Shown: positions 14,565-27,474 of the stretch, piece after piece
Layout of the letters: each line of letters starts with the position of its first letter
How positions within the stretch are numbered: position 1 is the first letter of the stretch
NCBI RefSeq assembly: GCF_036321535.1
Contig: NC_087444.1
Location: 73,222,001-73,286,000 of the forward strand
DNA from: Camelus dromedarius
Taxonomy: Eukaryota
DNA: 64,000 nucleotides
Direction: 5' to 3'
Position numbers and translations under genes: made by a program
Notes under the pieces: generated by a model
The model's input: only the letters and a program-made list of their open reading frames with translations
Told to the model about the DNA's origin: nothing
Database searches by the model: none

Positions 14565-14660
14565 CTTTGGGACGCGGCTGATGACGTCGGGGTACCTTCC
14601 TGTGTTGTCCTCCTGATTCCTGCTGAAGATCCTCACCTCCCCACCTTCCAGAAGGTGGAT
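14565..14660 (-). CDS. LIG1: LIG1 exon 19
   Basis: [32 protein letters not shown]; 96 nt. Confidence 0.97.
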
Positions 14661-15059
14661 CTGTGGCAGCGGGGGAGGAGAGAGGAGCTCAGAGCCCAGT
14701 CTGTCCCTGAGGTCCCCTCTTTTCTCTTCTTGACCCCCCTTTTCACTGGCAGAAGGTTCCAAGAGTTCTGGAGGAAGGACTGGGGCAGAGACCTGAGTGA
14801 ATTATCCCCTCGGTTCAAACAACATCTCCCACCTGTTTCCGGAAGCCCCTGCCCCCTCTTCCTCATCTCTGACCTGCCCTTCTCCCCCTGCAAGCACGGC
14901 TGCTCTGCTGTGAGTGTGTATTTTGATTTGTCTCAATGTTGTTATGCTGTAAATATCATTTTGGTTTCTATGATTTTAATTTATTTGTTTTAATACATTT
15001 GGTCACAGTCTTTGAGCATCTATATGCCATCCTACATGTATATACATACATACACATGT

Positions 15060-15144
15060 ATTAATTTTTTTAACAAGGTCCTGGGGATTGAACGCAGAAG
15101 CTGGTATGTGCTGAGCACGTGCTCTACCACTGATTACCCTTCCC
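15060..15144 (-). mobile_element. tRNA-Ala-derived SINE (diverged)
   Basis: ctggggattgaac...gctctaccactga head with an AT-rich tail. Confidence 0.75.
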
Positions 15145-15637
15145 TCTACTTACACATAATGATCACGAGAGACAGTTGTGTGTGTACAATGTAGACACGT
15201 GACTTCAAATATGCATATATTTTAATTCGTTGTCACCACTGTAAATCATTTGGTTTATTTTTTTTCAGGGCTATTTCAAAGATCCATCTATGATGCCGTG
15301 TCTCTCAAATCCACTACGTGTTACTGCCTCAAAGCACCACAGTGGGGCGCCCACCACTAGGCGATGAACACAGAGGTGCCCACTCACCCTCCCAGCCAGG
15401 ACAGAAGAGCCACCAGAAGCACCCAACTGGATCAGACCAGACATGTCTCCCGCACTGAGGGTCACACCAGCACCAGTTATCATGAACACACCCACCAACA
15501 GGACACCAGTGCAACCCATATTTCTTGAGCGCCCGCTGCTGTGGGTCAGGATTTGGACGATGTTATCAAGAAAAATCAATTTTCAGAGAAGCCAGTCAGG
15601 CCGCTATGACCACACCACTGCAAGGAGGTGGGAACTA

Positions 15638-15913
<276 letters not shown>

Positions 15914-16442
15914 TTATATGGGGGCAGAGTTGCGGGGGGGGTGAAGACTGCTAATTACACACAGGAGTGACACGTGCAACGCTTGGGTCATGTCATCACA
16001 AGGAACCTGGCCACCCCCTTTTCCCTCTTCTCAAAAACTAGAACAGAAACACTGGCTGTCTCTGACCACGCACATCAGGGTGACAACCTCGGGGGGATGA
16101 AATGGTGAGGCAGATGGAAGTTGGGTGGGTGATGCCTGGGCCCGAGCACATACCCTCCCAGGCTGCCTGCCTCCCTCTGGACTCTAAGGGACAAAAGAAA
16201 GACATTGTGTCTGGCCTGACCCACTGCCTTCTGGGGCGTCTTTGTCCTGGCAGCTCTAACATGGAAGGGGAAACTCCGAGGAGAAAAAGAACGGCTTTCA
16301 GTCTGGGAACAGGACTCGATTTGGGAGGAGAGGACTCTCCGGCTTCTCAGAGGGGTGTTCTTTGAGCAGGAGGAGCCTGGAGGCGGGCTGGCCCCCAGCG
16401 AGGCTGTGGTCAGGCTCCGGAGGGGCCCGAGGGGGCGCGTAC

Positions 16443-16528
16443 CTGGGCTCAGCCTGCAGTGCTCCGGCAGCTGCTCCAGGCCATGTGCCAGCAGCACAGG
16501 GACGATCCGGTCCAGATCTGGCACCTCG
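16443..16528 (-). CDS. LIG1: LIG1 exon 17
   Basis: [28 protein letters not shown]; 86 nt. Confidence 0.96.
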
Positions 16529-17465
16529 CTGGGGTGGGAGCAAGAATAAGGAGGGAGGGGTCTTTCTGGAACTCTGCTCCCTGGCTGCAAGATCCACTTC
16601 TGCCTGTCACCTCGTCCTGGGGCCTGCTGCCTATCTCCCACTCCCTCTGTCACCCTGTCTCTGTCACCGTCCTCCCTCAGTGTCACTACACATCACTCTG
16701 GCTCCGTCTCCCTCGATCTGGGCCTGCCATCACCCGCCACCTGTCATCATGAGACCAGTGATTCCCCATCTGGACTACACGTCAGAACCACTCAAGGACG
16801 TGACAGAAAAAGTGTTTCTTCAAGGCCAGCCTCCACCTCCAGAGATCCTGGTTTCACTGGTCTGGGGCAGGCCTGAGAGCGCTAGTCTGTCGGTCCCCAC
16901 GCAGGGGTAGAGTTAAGGCCGCCCTGGCCCCAGGGGCTCCGTGGGGCTGTTCCCCTTGGCCTTGTGTGCCCAGCACAGTGGGTGCAGCCTGGAGAGGTGC
17001 CCCATGGGCCTTTGTGGAGCTGCTCATCAGCCCTCCTGCCTCCGACAGTCTCTCTGGGCAGTCACCGTCCCGCTGTCACAGGCCCTGGGCTCTCTCCGGA
17101 GCCCTCCCTGTCACTCCACAAATGCCCTCTCTGTGATTCTCACGACCTCTCACTGTGTGGTCGGTCACCAGCCTTTCTGGGTCCCATGGCCTTTCCACAC
17201 ATGCAGTCCTGTCTGGAACCTGGAAACCTCCTGATGCTGTCTGCTCTCCTCCGCTGCCAGCACCTCTGCCTCTCCCTGTCCCTGTGTCACCATCCCTTCA
17301 CTGCTCCACTTCCCCGTGTGCAGCACCCATCTTGTCTGGATCCCCACCCCGTGCTCTCTTACCAGCCCAACACTGGTCAAGAATGCTTGCGGCCCCTCCC
17401 ACATCACCCCTGACCCCTCGATCCCCACCCACCACCCCCGTGGCTCTGCCCACGCTCGGGTCTCA

Positions 17466-17654
<189 letters not shown>

Positions 17655-17724
17655 TCAGGGCAGAGGAGCCTGGAGTGGCAGCGGGAGGTGGGAACCACTT
17701 TGGGGACCGGCCACAGGGGCTCAC

Positions 17725-17816
17725 CTTGGCCAGGGGGTGTGAGGCTCACGGCCTGGGCGAGGGCGGCCAGCACTGACTGCTCTGCCAGTCCGAGGCGCAG
17801 GCGTCCACTCAGGGCT
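17725..17816 (-). CDS. LIG1: LIG1 exon 15
   Basis: [30 protein letters not shown]; 92 nt. Confidence 0.96.
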
Positions 17817-18524
17817 CTGGGGAGATAGCAGGCGACGGGGAGCGGGCTGGTCGGCCCTGGACCCTCGTGCCCTCCACCCCTTGCTCCTGCCTCCCCCAGT
17901 CTCCCCCATCTCGACCCTCCCCTCAAAACTAGAACAACTTTCAGATCCTGAAGGGATCTGAGATCACACAGCACCACTGAACAGGGGAAACTAAGGCTGG
18001 TCAGTAACAGCGATGACCACCGGCAGGGCCTGTGGGCAGAACTGGGGGCCTTACCAGCATCTCCACCTCTCCCCTCAGCTGCCCTGAGAAAGCAGTGCAG
18101 CTCGGGGAAGGTGAGGCAGGGCAGAGCCGAGCCTGGAACTGGAACATGGCCTGTCCCAGGGGTGCCTGAGCGTGATGGTCCAGAACCTGTCCAGTGACTG
18201 TGGGCAGGAGGGGTAACCTCCCTGTGCCTCTCTCACTGTCATGGCAACCACTTGGCTCCGTGCTTGCTGCCCCTACTCGGGCCAAGGCAGACATCACTAA
18301 TCCATCTCGGCTCTCTTCACCCGTGAGCCCCAGACCCTTTCCCGGACTGCACTACTGAGGAAGGGAGCTGATCCATGAAAGGAAACCTATGTTCCCATCC
18401 CGCCCCCTCGGGGCCTGGGCTTCTCGCCCCCGCTGTTCTCATCAACGGTGGTCAGGGCACTGGCGGTGATCCGGCTGCCAGTCCCTCCCTGCCTTCAGCT
18501 CTCCTCACCGGCCCACACACTCAC

Positions 18525-18601
18525 CTGGCGATGAACCGAGCTTCTGAGTGGCGGCAGGCAACAAAGAGGCCTTTGATGATGTCCATCTTCTTGGTTGTGG
18601 A
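18525..18601 (-). CDS. LIG1: LIG1 exon 14
   Basis: STTKKMDIIKGLFVACRHSEARFIA(R); 77 nt. Confidence 0.96.
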
Positions 18602-19017
18602 CTAAAGAGAGAGAGGACCGGCAGTCAGCGCCTGGGGGTGAAGGCAGGGGAGGGGCCACACCACCCTGCTGGCCACACTGCCAGGGGAGCTGCCACCCTT
18701 GGGATACCTGCCTCTCATTTCACGCTGCAGTAACAAGCTCACTCTCCTCCCTGCCTCCCTCCGCAGCTTTATCAGCACGTACTTATGGGGTCCTAACACC
18801 TGGCAGGCACTAGATCGGGGCTGGAATCTCAGGGGGGGTTCCTGCAATTTTGAGAGCGGCAGGAAAGGCAGCTCTGATCACACAAGCAGGGCTGACACGA
18901 TCCAGCTCTCAGCAGTCTAACCAGAAAGAAGCCTTCTTGCCACTCGCTGGGCTTCAGGCCCCCTGGGTGAAGAGCGGAGGGTCTGGGGCATGGGGTGAGC
19001 TGCCCTGTCCCACTCAC

Positions 19018-19184
19018 TGCATTGCCGGCCAGCTGGGCGATGTCCCGGAACTTGGCGAAGACACCGGCGGCGGTCAGGGCAGGCGGGGGCAGCATGAGTC
19101 TCTGCATGCTGCGGCTGCTCTCGGCCACCAGCCCCACGTCGCCCTTCTCTGTGGCCTCGGCCCGGACCGACTCCAGCTGCCGAC
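19018..19184 (-). CDS. LIG1: LIG1 exon 13 (DNA-binding domain)
   Basis: [56 protein letters not shown]; 167 nt. Confidence 0.96.
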
Positions 19185-19543
19185 CTGGGGGTTCGGGGGT
19201 GGGGGTGGGGAGCAGAGAGTGCAGGTGCTGAGGACGAGGAGGGGTGTGGCCGCGCATCTCCCCGAGATCTCTTCTGCGAGATCATCTCCCCAAGATCTGG
19301 GCCGCGTGCACGCTCCTGGCGAGCCCAGTTCCTGACGCGCTACCGGATGACATCCTCTAGGACCTCTGCTACCTCCATAAGCCCTCACCTTCCCTCCCAG
19401 CCCCCTGCCCTGCTCTTTGCCTACAGCATCTTTCCCTGTGACCTCAGTCTCAGTGTCCCCAGTCATGCTCTCTGCCGGCACCCTGCCAGTCAGTCTGTCC
19501 CATCAGGCTCTCCAACACCCCTCTTCCCTGCGCCGCTCCGTCA

Positions 19544-20041
<498 letters not shown>

Positions 20042-21149
20042 TCATTTTCCAGGCGCGGGTTTTAAGCCCTCGGCAGCATTCCCTAACTCCCTGAATTCTC
20101 AAAGCTCCCCAAGGCAGGTATTATTATTCCATTTCACAGATGAAGAAACTGAGGCACAGCAAGACTATGTAACTTGCCCAAGGTCATAGAGCTCGTAAGT
20201 ACCAAACCGAGCCCGTCTGCTCGAGGACCTGGGCTCCCAGCTCCCAAGCTGTGCTGCCTCTAAAAAAATAGAATATTTCTGTCTGTGTCACAGCAACTGT
20301 GGAAACGTCTGGGTTTACTGTTGGCAAACTCGGAGGGTCTCACTGAAAAGACAAGCTCTGTGTTTCTTACGAAGTCCTGTTAACAAAGGCAGAAGCGATG
20401 TGAGAAACACAGGATCACCACGGACTTAACCGTGACGGGGAAGACCCGGCACCGGATGCTGCGGTGGACGGAACAGCATGCCCACTCACGTCCACACAGG
20501 AACTCAGAGGGGGGCCTTAACTGGAAACAAGGTCTCGGCGGGTGTAATTCAGGTAAGACCAAGGCGAGATCATCCTGGATTAGGGTGGGCCTTGAGTTTG
20601 ATTTGAGTCCTTATAAAATACAGAAGACACACTCCTGCTGTTGGAAGCCACCGGGTCTGCGGTCATTTGGTTCGGCAGTCCTAGGACACTCACTCAGAGG
20701 CCAGAATTAGTGGGCGAGAGCTTGAGGAGAAACAGAGTCCTTGCAGAGACTCAAAGCGCACTCCAACAAGACGCCTGGGAAACTCACAGAGGGAAACTAG
20801 GCAAACGGGCGATGGAGATGCCTGGACGATGGTCCCAGAGCCGTGTCACCCAGGGGCACGAGCTCTGAAAGGAGGCTGTGAGAAAGCACCTCCCGACGGA
20901 AGACGCATCGCCTCCTGAAGAAACAGCAAAGCTAAACAAGAGACATTCTACGAAATTGCTGGACTCCTCACAAGTGTCGAGGTGAGGAAGGATAAAGACA
21001 GAGGAACTGTCGGGGAGGAAGGAGATGAGAGGTGGGACGGCTAAGCTCAGTGGATCCTGGCCTTGCACGCAGAGAAGCTAGCAAAATCCAAACGGTCTAT
21101 AGATTCCTGACGAGCATGGACGGCCGGCCGACATGGAGGGCCAGCTGTA

Positions 21150-21250
21150 CCCTGCCACTTTATGCAGGGGACTTGAGCACCCCCAGACTTTGGCATCCGC
21201 AGGGGGGTTCTAGACTCAATTCCCCATGGACACAGAGGGACGACTGTACT
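21150..21250 (-). mobile_element. MER2/Tigger-type DNA transposon fragment
   Basis: Reverse strand reads CAGTCGTCCCTCTGTGTCCATGGGGAATTG...GCTCAAGTCCCCT, like the MER2 terminus. Confidence 0.65.
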
Positions 21251-22498
21251 GACGTTAATGTCCTGGTTTTGGTCTGTCTCCTATGCTGATGTAAGATGTG
21301 AACACGAGAGGAAGCAGGTCAGGGTGGATGGGGACACTGTACTATTTCTGCACTTTTCCTGTAAGTCTAAAATTATTTCCATAGAGTTTAAAAAAATTTT
21401 AAACCCTCTTATTTCAGATGATGGGGTTTGAACAGTCTCCCGCAGTTCTCCTGAGCTAAGGGATTTTGGACAGTCTCTTCTGAAACTAAATGCCACACCA
21501 TGTCACTTTTTCACTTCACAGTTCTCACGGCAACCTTGAGACAGATAATCAAGACCTTACTAGTGAGAGACCACAGCTCAGAGAGATTAGGTCGCCTACC
21601 CGCTGTCACACAGCCAGGAAGCAGCAGAGTGGGGCCCACTCCCACACCTGTCGGAACCCCAGGGCAAGGCTTTGGCTCATGGGACCTCACTCCGCAGCCC
21701 TTGTGAGCCCCTCAGCCTGGCATCCAAGGCCCTTCCTGCGCCCCTGGTGCCCTGCGATTCCGTGGTGGGGTTTACGCCCCAGATGAGGTTACTCCACATT
21801 TACCAAGACACACATTTGCAAGAACAAGGTGTCAGGAATAGTCTAAATGTTGGAGAAGCGAAAATGAAGGGACAGCAGCAAGCAGTTCAAACAAGCTGAG
21901 ATCTGCTTAAAGTAAAGTGAAGAGAGCTCTGAAAACAGTAACAGTAGGAGCAGAAGAGGCAGACCCCATAATAACACTGACATCAACTAAATACACAGGG
22001 GGAGTGGGGGCGGGGGGGAAAAGGAGAAAAGCCTGGGGATGGGGTGGGAGGGGGAAGACCAGGTCCGGGCCAGCCCAGAGCCCCACTGGGAGTGGAGTTC
22101 TCGCTACAAACAAGACCTGGACTTCTTCACACAGGCTGAGAAAGGTCAGCAAGGCTGTGGCCACTTCTGATTTCTTAGGGTAGATTAAGTTTCCGCCATC
22201 AGGAGGTGGACGCTGTTTTCCCATCCCCAGAATCTAGGCTCACCCTCACGCCTTGCTCTGACTAACAAATGAGGCAGAAATGATGGCATGGTCCCTCCGA
22301 GCCTGGGCCTCCACAGGGCCCGTGGCTGCTCCTGTGTGCCTGTGGTCTGTGATCTTGGCGTGAGGGTGAGGGTGAGGGTGAGGGTGCGAGGGAAGAGAGG
22401 TCAGAAGGGTTAAGCAGCTGGAGGCACAGGGACCAGCAGAGGGACAGAGCCGGAGTCCCCACCCCTCCCGCCCATGCCAGGCAGGCTTGGTTAATTAC

Positions 22499-22555
22499 CG
22501 AGCAGAAACCTCCTCGATCTTCTCAAAGGTCCGGGCCACGGCCAGGTAAGGGACC
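22499..22555 (-). CDS. LIG1: LIG1 exon 11
   Basis: VPYLAVARTFEKIEEVSA(R); 57 nt, AAG acceptor. Confidence 0.95.
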
Positions 22556-22838
22556 CTTGGGGAGGAAAAGAGACACAAGAGTGGTGTGCACACGCATGCG
22601 GCCCCTCCTGCCTCCCCACACCTCCCTGGGGACAGCCTTACTGGTCCCCCAGAGCACATCTGCAACTCTGCTGCCCACTGCCCAGGGTTTCCTCTCTGTG
22701 CCCTCCAGTGCTGCCCACAGTGTCCCAAAACACGGAAGGCAGAGATTGGACAGTTTCCTCCCCCTGCGGCCACCAGTGGAGGGCCTCCTGCAGTGACAGG
22801 GGCTGAAGGAGGACAATCTGGGGAGGAAGAAGCCTCAC

Positions 22839-22919
22839 TTCTGGCCCGGCTGCCAGCAGGCATCTTCAATGGGATGGTAGTTGTTCTTGGCCGGGTTGTA
22901 GCTGGGTGGGTCCAGGTGT
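22839..22919 (-). CDS. LIG1: LIG1 exon 10
   Basis: [26 protein letters not shown](K); 81 nt. Confidence 0.94.
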
Positions 22920-23386
22920 CTGTGGAGGGAACAGGGATATTACAGGGGAGATGCCGAGGTCAATGAGAAGTCATTCCTCCAGCTAACATTTATTGAGCAC
23001 TTACTAAGTGCCAGGTCCTAGTGAAGGAAAATAATTTGCTAACCTGGAGCTCACAAGCTGGTGGAGAGTCAGGGAAAACAAACCAACAAAACAAAAGCAA
23101 AGCAATAATTTCAGGTATTAAAAAATATTTCAGAGAACAAAACAAAGCCAAGTAGAGGAAGAAAGTGGGATGGTACATGCTACTTCAGAGGGTGGCTGGG
23201 GAAGACCGGAGAGGAGGCGTTTGGGCAGAGTGACGTGAGGGAGGGCACAGGGCATCAGAGAGAAGAGCATTCCAGGCGAGGGCACCACTCCTAGTGCAGC
23301 CTCGTGCTAAAGTGTGCCACTCACAGTAATCTCACTAGTCAGGTCTCAACTAGGGGGCAAAACTGATGTTAAGAATCCCTGAAGAC

Positions 23387-23523
23387 NNNNNNNNNNNNNN
23401 NNNNNNNNNNNNNNNNNNNNNNNNNNNNNNNNNNNNNNNNNNNNNNNNNNNNNNNNNNNNNNNNNNNNNNNNNNNNNNNNNNNNNNNNNNNNNNNNNNNN
23501 NNNNNNNNNNNNNNNNNNNNNNN
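23387..23523. other. Assembly gap (137 N)
   Basis: N run inside the L1. Confidence 1.
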
Positions 23524-23749
23524 TCAAAAGCCCACAAATGACAAATGCTGGAGAGGCTGTGAAGAAAAGGGAACCCTCCTGCACTGCTGGTGGGAATGCA
23601 GTTTGGTGCAGCCACTGTAGAAAAGTGTGGAGAATCCTCAAAAGACTAAAAATAGACCTACCATATGACCCAGCAATTCCACTCCTGGGCATGTATCCAG
23701 ATGGAAACCTAATTCAATAAGACACCTGCACCCCAGTGTTCACAGCAGC

Positions 23750-23909
23750 NNNNNNNNNNNNNNNNNNNNNNNNNNNNNNNNNNNNNNNNNNNNNNNNNNN
23801 NNNNNNNNNNNNNNNNNNNNNNNNNNNNNNNNNNNNNNNNNNNNNNNNNNNNNNNNNNNNNNNNNNNNNNNNNNNNNNNNNNNNNNNNNNNNNNNNNNNN
23901 NNNNNNNNN
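23750..23909. other. Assembly gap (160 N)
   Basis: N run inside the L1. Confidence 1.
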
Positions 23910-24491
23910 TTCTAAGTAAGTAAGCCAGAAAGAGAAAGAAAAATACCATATGATATCACTCATATGTGGAATTAAAAAAAAAAAAAAGACAAATGAACTT
24001 ATATATAAAACAGGAACAGACTCACAGACACAGAATACAGACTTGTGCTTGCCAGGGGGTAGGCGGGTGGGAAGGGATAAACTGGGAGTTCAAAATTTGC
24101 AGATACTAACTGGTAAATATAAAATAGATAAACAAGTTTATACTGTATAGCACAGGGAAATATATTCAATATCTTGTAGTAGCTTATGGTGAAAAAGAAT
24201 ATGGAAATGAATATATGTATATCCATGTATGACATTGTGTTGTAAGCCAGAAATTGACACAACACTGTAAACTGACTGTATCTCAATAATAATAAAAAAA
24301 AAAAGAATCCCTGAAACATTATGATTGGAATAATTAACTCTTGATGAGGAAATTGCGAAGCTGAAAGAACTGGTGGTGTTTGTCTGCCTGTTTCGGAGGC
24401 CCACCTACAACCAGATCAGGAAATCCTGGACCCAGAGCGTTACTCTTTTCAATCCACTGTCCTCTCTGCTGGGCAGCAGATACTGACTCAC

Positions 24492-24567
24492 CCCTTGGCT
24501 GCCTCCTTTCTTACAGAGCCAGGTCCCTCTTCTTCAGCTTCCTTTTTGACTGCCGGCTTTCGGGGGG
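24492..24567 (-). CDS. LIG1: LIG1 exon 9
   Basis: (S)PRKPAVKKEAEEEGPGSVRKEAAK(G); 76 nt, phase-consistent. Confidence 0.9.
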
Positions 24568-24784
24568 CTGGGAATGAAGCCAGGAAACTGTGGGTCCTTC
24601 CTCCTTCTGATAGCCCCCACCTGCTGACCCCTCCCCAGCCAGCATCACCCCAGTGCTCGGGGAGATGGCGACATGGCAGGAGAGGCCAGTCAGACTTTCT
24701 CACCTGCCGGAGGGCAGGAGGGATTCCTGTCTCTGGACGAAGACCCCCCCCCCATGCTACCCGGAGTGAGGAGGAGAAACTCAC

Positions 24785-24904
24785 AGAAGAAACTGCTGAG
24801 TGTCTTGGCAGCTGGGCGGGGAGGCTGTGTCTGGCCGTCCTCCTGTGGTCCCTGCTTCGTTGCCATCTCAGGCTTGCAAACACTTTCTGTCAGGGGCTCG
24901 GCTT
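24785..24904 (-). CDS. LIG1: LIG1 exon 8
   Basis: (E)AEPLTESVCKPEMATKQGPQEDGQTQPPRPAAKTLSSFF; 120 nt. Confidence 0.9.
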
Positions 24905-25580
24905 CTAAAGCAGGAGGGGTCAGACCCTGAGACTTTTCTTTTTTAATCCCCGTCATTCTGACCTACAGATGGAAAACATCACCAACTCTGCCCTTTTCCT
25001 TTCCACAGTGTTGGCTTTGAGCCTCTTGGGCCCGATGCTTCAGTGCTAACCAACGGAATTCTAGCATCTGGCCTGACACTGGAGACTGATGGATAGTGGT
25101 AAAAAGAAATACTGGCCCTGTAAGCACTGTAAGAAGGAAAGGTTCCCGCTGCTCCTGCAGATGCAGAACGTCAGATAGGATTCTGCATCCTGAAGGTGCC
25201 CCCACTGCGTTCTTTCCACCACGGGAGTCTCTGGACGCCGGGACTACGTGGGTTGTTCTCTGGCCCGTGAGGGTAGGCCCAGCCTCCAAGATCTTACTCC
25301 TCAGCCTGGCTTTCTAACTTAAAAAAACCACTGCTCAGTTAATAACACTGAGTGCCCATGATATCTGGAAAATACATTCTGTGGGAGGACCACAACAATA
25401 AAAACAGTCACAGTAACAGAACCTATGATTTCCCTAGAATTTGCATTTAAACAACACATTTGAGAATCTTATTTAAAGCTTAGCTCATCTAGGTCTTACT
25501 TAAATTCCCTGTCTTCCAAAGACCTCCGACCTCAAAACCAGAGAGATGGGGCTGTGGGAAGATGAGCATCAGAAACTCAC

Positions 25581-25688
25581 CGGGGGTCTCTCGGGGTCTG
25601 GGGGGCGTCGTGGGCTGCTCCTTCGCATCTGCCTCCTCCTTTTTGCCCACTTCAGGCTCCGTGAGGCTTTCTGATGGGGTCTCTAGTT
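25581..25688 (-). CDS. LIG1: LIG1 exon 7 (5' boundary at a CAGCAG tandem acceptor)
   Basis: (E)LETPSESLTEPEVGKKEEADAKEQPTTPPRPRETP; 108 nt. Alternative in-frame acceptors would start the exon at 25691 or 25682. Confidence 0.85.
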
Positions 25689-26143
25689 CTGCTGACAGGC
25701 AAAAAAGTCAGACGGCAGGAAGTCACTATGACCCCTCAAGGGCATTTCAATTCCCAAGGCACTGATCCCATTTGTTTTGCACTGGGCTGATTGGACTGTA
25801 AAGTGACAGGGGGGTAAGAGCCCGCTCCTGGGCTCCTCTGGGGTGACCAACCCCAGTGTTCGCCCATACAGCTAGGAAATAGAGAGGGCCAGTCCTCCCT
25901 TATAAACCATTATTTCAGAATGATTCACCGCGAAATAGACTTGGAAGGGGTTCAGTATGCAAATGAGAAACTTCTTAGAGATAAACATAAAGCTTTTTTT
26001 TAAAGCTATTATTAAGTAATAATAAAAACTGCATCAACTAACTTAAGAAAAAAAATCTGCCTTCGTAGAAAGAAACCACCCACCACCACGCCCCCAGATA
26101 CAGACAATAGCTAAAACTGCACGATTGACAGTAAAATTTGTAC

Positions 26144-26345
26144 CAAATGTTTTTTGGGGGGAGAGGTGATTATTTATTATTATTACTTTTTAAAATGGGG
26201 TTATTTAAAAATTTTTTAATTAACTAGTTTATTGGGGGGGGTAAGTAGGTTTATTTATTTATTTTTTAATGGAGGCACTGGGGATTGAACCCAGGACCTC
26301 GTGCACACTAGGCGTGCACTCTACCACTGAGCTATATCCTCCCCC
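26144..26345 (-). mobile_element. tRNA-Ala-derived SINE with compound tail and TSD
   Basis: Near-consensus head; TAAAATTTGT at 26132-26141 and 26346-26355. Confidence 0.88.
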
Positions 26346-27378
26346 TAAAATTTGTTACTGATTGAAAATGGCCAACAGGAAATCAGATCTCCACCAAATT
26401 CAAATCTTCCTTGGGAAAGAGGAGCCTAATAAGGACCTTTTATTAAACACACACACAAACCAACAGTGGCAAAGGCTACAAGCCTTCTGATCTCATGCAG
26501 GCCTAGATGATCAGCGGCTTGGGACTTCCTGGCTGTGCTTCCCCGCGTGCACCAAGATTCAGGGAAGCCACGGGGACACAGCAGGATATCTGACATTTTC
26601 AAGGGAGGCCAGTGACATCTGTTGGACACCATATGAACTAGCTTCAGGTAGTCTAATCACAATTAGATCACTTTTCTTTGCAATTCCTAACACTATCTTT
26701 CTGCAAAGCTGGGTACTCGGCGTGATAAAAAACCAAGCAGTGCACAAAAATCAACACAGAGCAGGAAGTGAGCGTGGCAGTTCTCAACTGGATTCCAAAG
26801 TTTGAGAAACTGTGCAGTGCCCAGGTGACATCCTATTAGTAAGTAATTGTGATTATTTAAGAATGAGATCAAACAGCGTTTTTGCTTTCCATGTATGTGT
26901 ATTATTTTCTCAAATGCCCAAGTTGCTAGAACATAAATGGTTGTTTGGACGTAACTTAATAAATGGAACGGTGAAGGCACTGGCCTTGGGGCACCATGAA
27001 AAAAATCACTAAGACACAAAGGGCACTGGAAGGTTGGGAACCTCTCTGCTTTCTGGTAAAATTTACAATAAAAACAAACCATGTAAAGGAAAGTGTTTTC
27101 CATACAATAAACATAAAAATAGAAGAGAAAACCAGGAAACTGTGTATGCATTAACACTGAAGGAAGATGGCCAAACGAATATACTCCAAAAAGCTTTGCT
27201 AACAAAAATCCCCATGTTGGGGTGTGGGACTCTGGTGGACAAGTGTGGATTCTTGGACAGAGGCATCAAATCAGTGGGGTCCTCACACTCTGTCCTCTTA
27301 GACAGGCCCCCATCCTTCCAGGACCCCTGCCCCAGTGTCTCTGTTTCCCTCCCTCCCCCTCTACCCCCCATGCCTCAC

Positions 27379-27474
27379 CTTTGTCCTCCTTCTTCTTCTT
27401 GGCTTCTGTGACCCTGTCCTTGCTCTGCTCTTCCAGGACTTCCAGAAATGTCCGTTTAGGAACCTGCTTCCGGG
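27379..27474 (-). CDS. LIG1: LIG1 exon 6
   Basis: (A)RKQVPKRTFLEVLEEQSKDRVTEAKKKKEDK; 96 nt. Confidence 0.92.

Larger units (their letters stand above)
23384..24302 (+). mobile_element. 5'-truncated L1 (ORF2 C-terminus, 3'UTR, poly-A) with 13-bp TSD
   Basis: [19 protein letters not shown]...DLPYDPAIPLLGMYP. TSD AAGAATCCCTGAA at 23371-23383 and 24303-24315, TT|AAGA target site. Confidence 0.92.

Noticed and set aside
14277-14993. 238-aa ORF antisense to LIG1 exon 19
   Set aside because: TTG start, GC-rich shadow frame, no domain or splice support.
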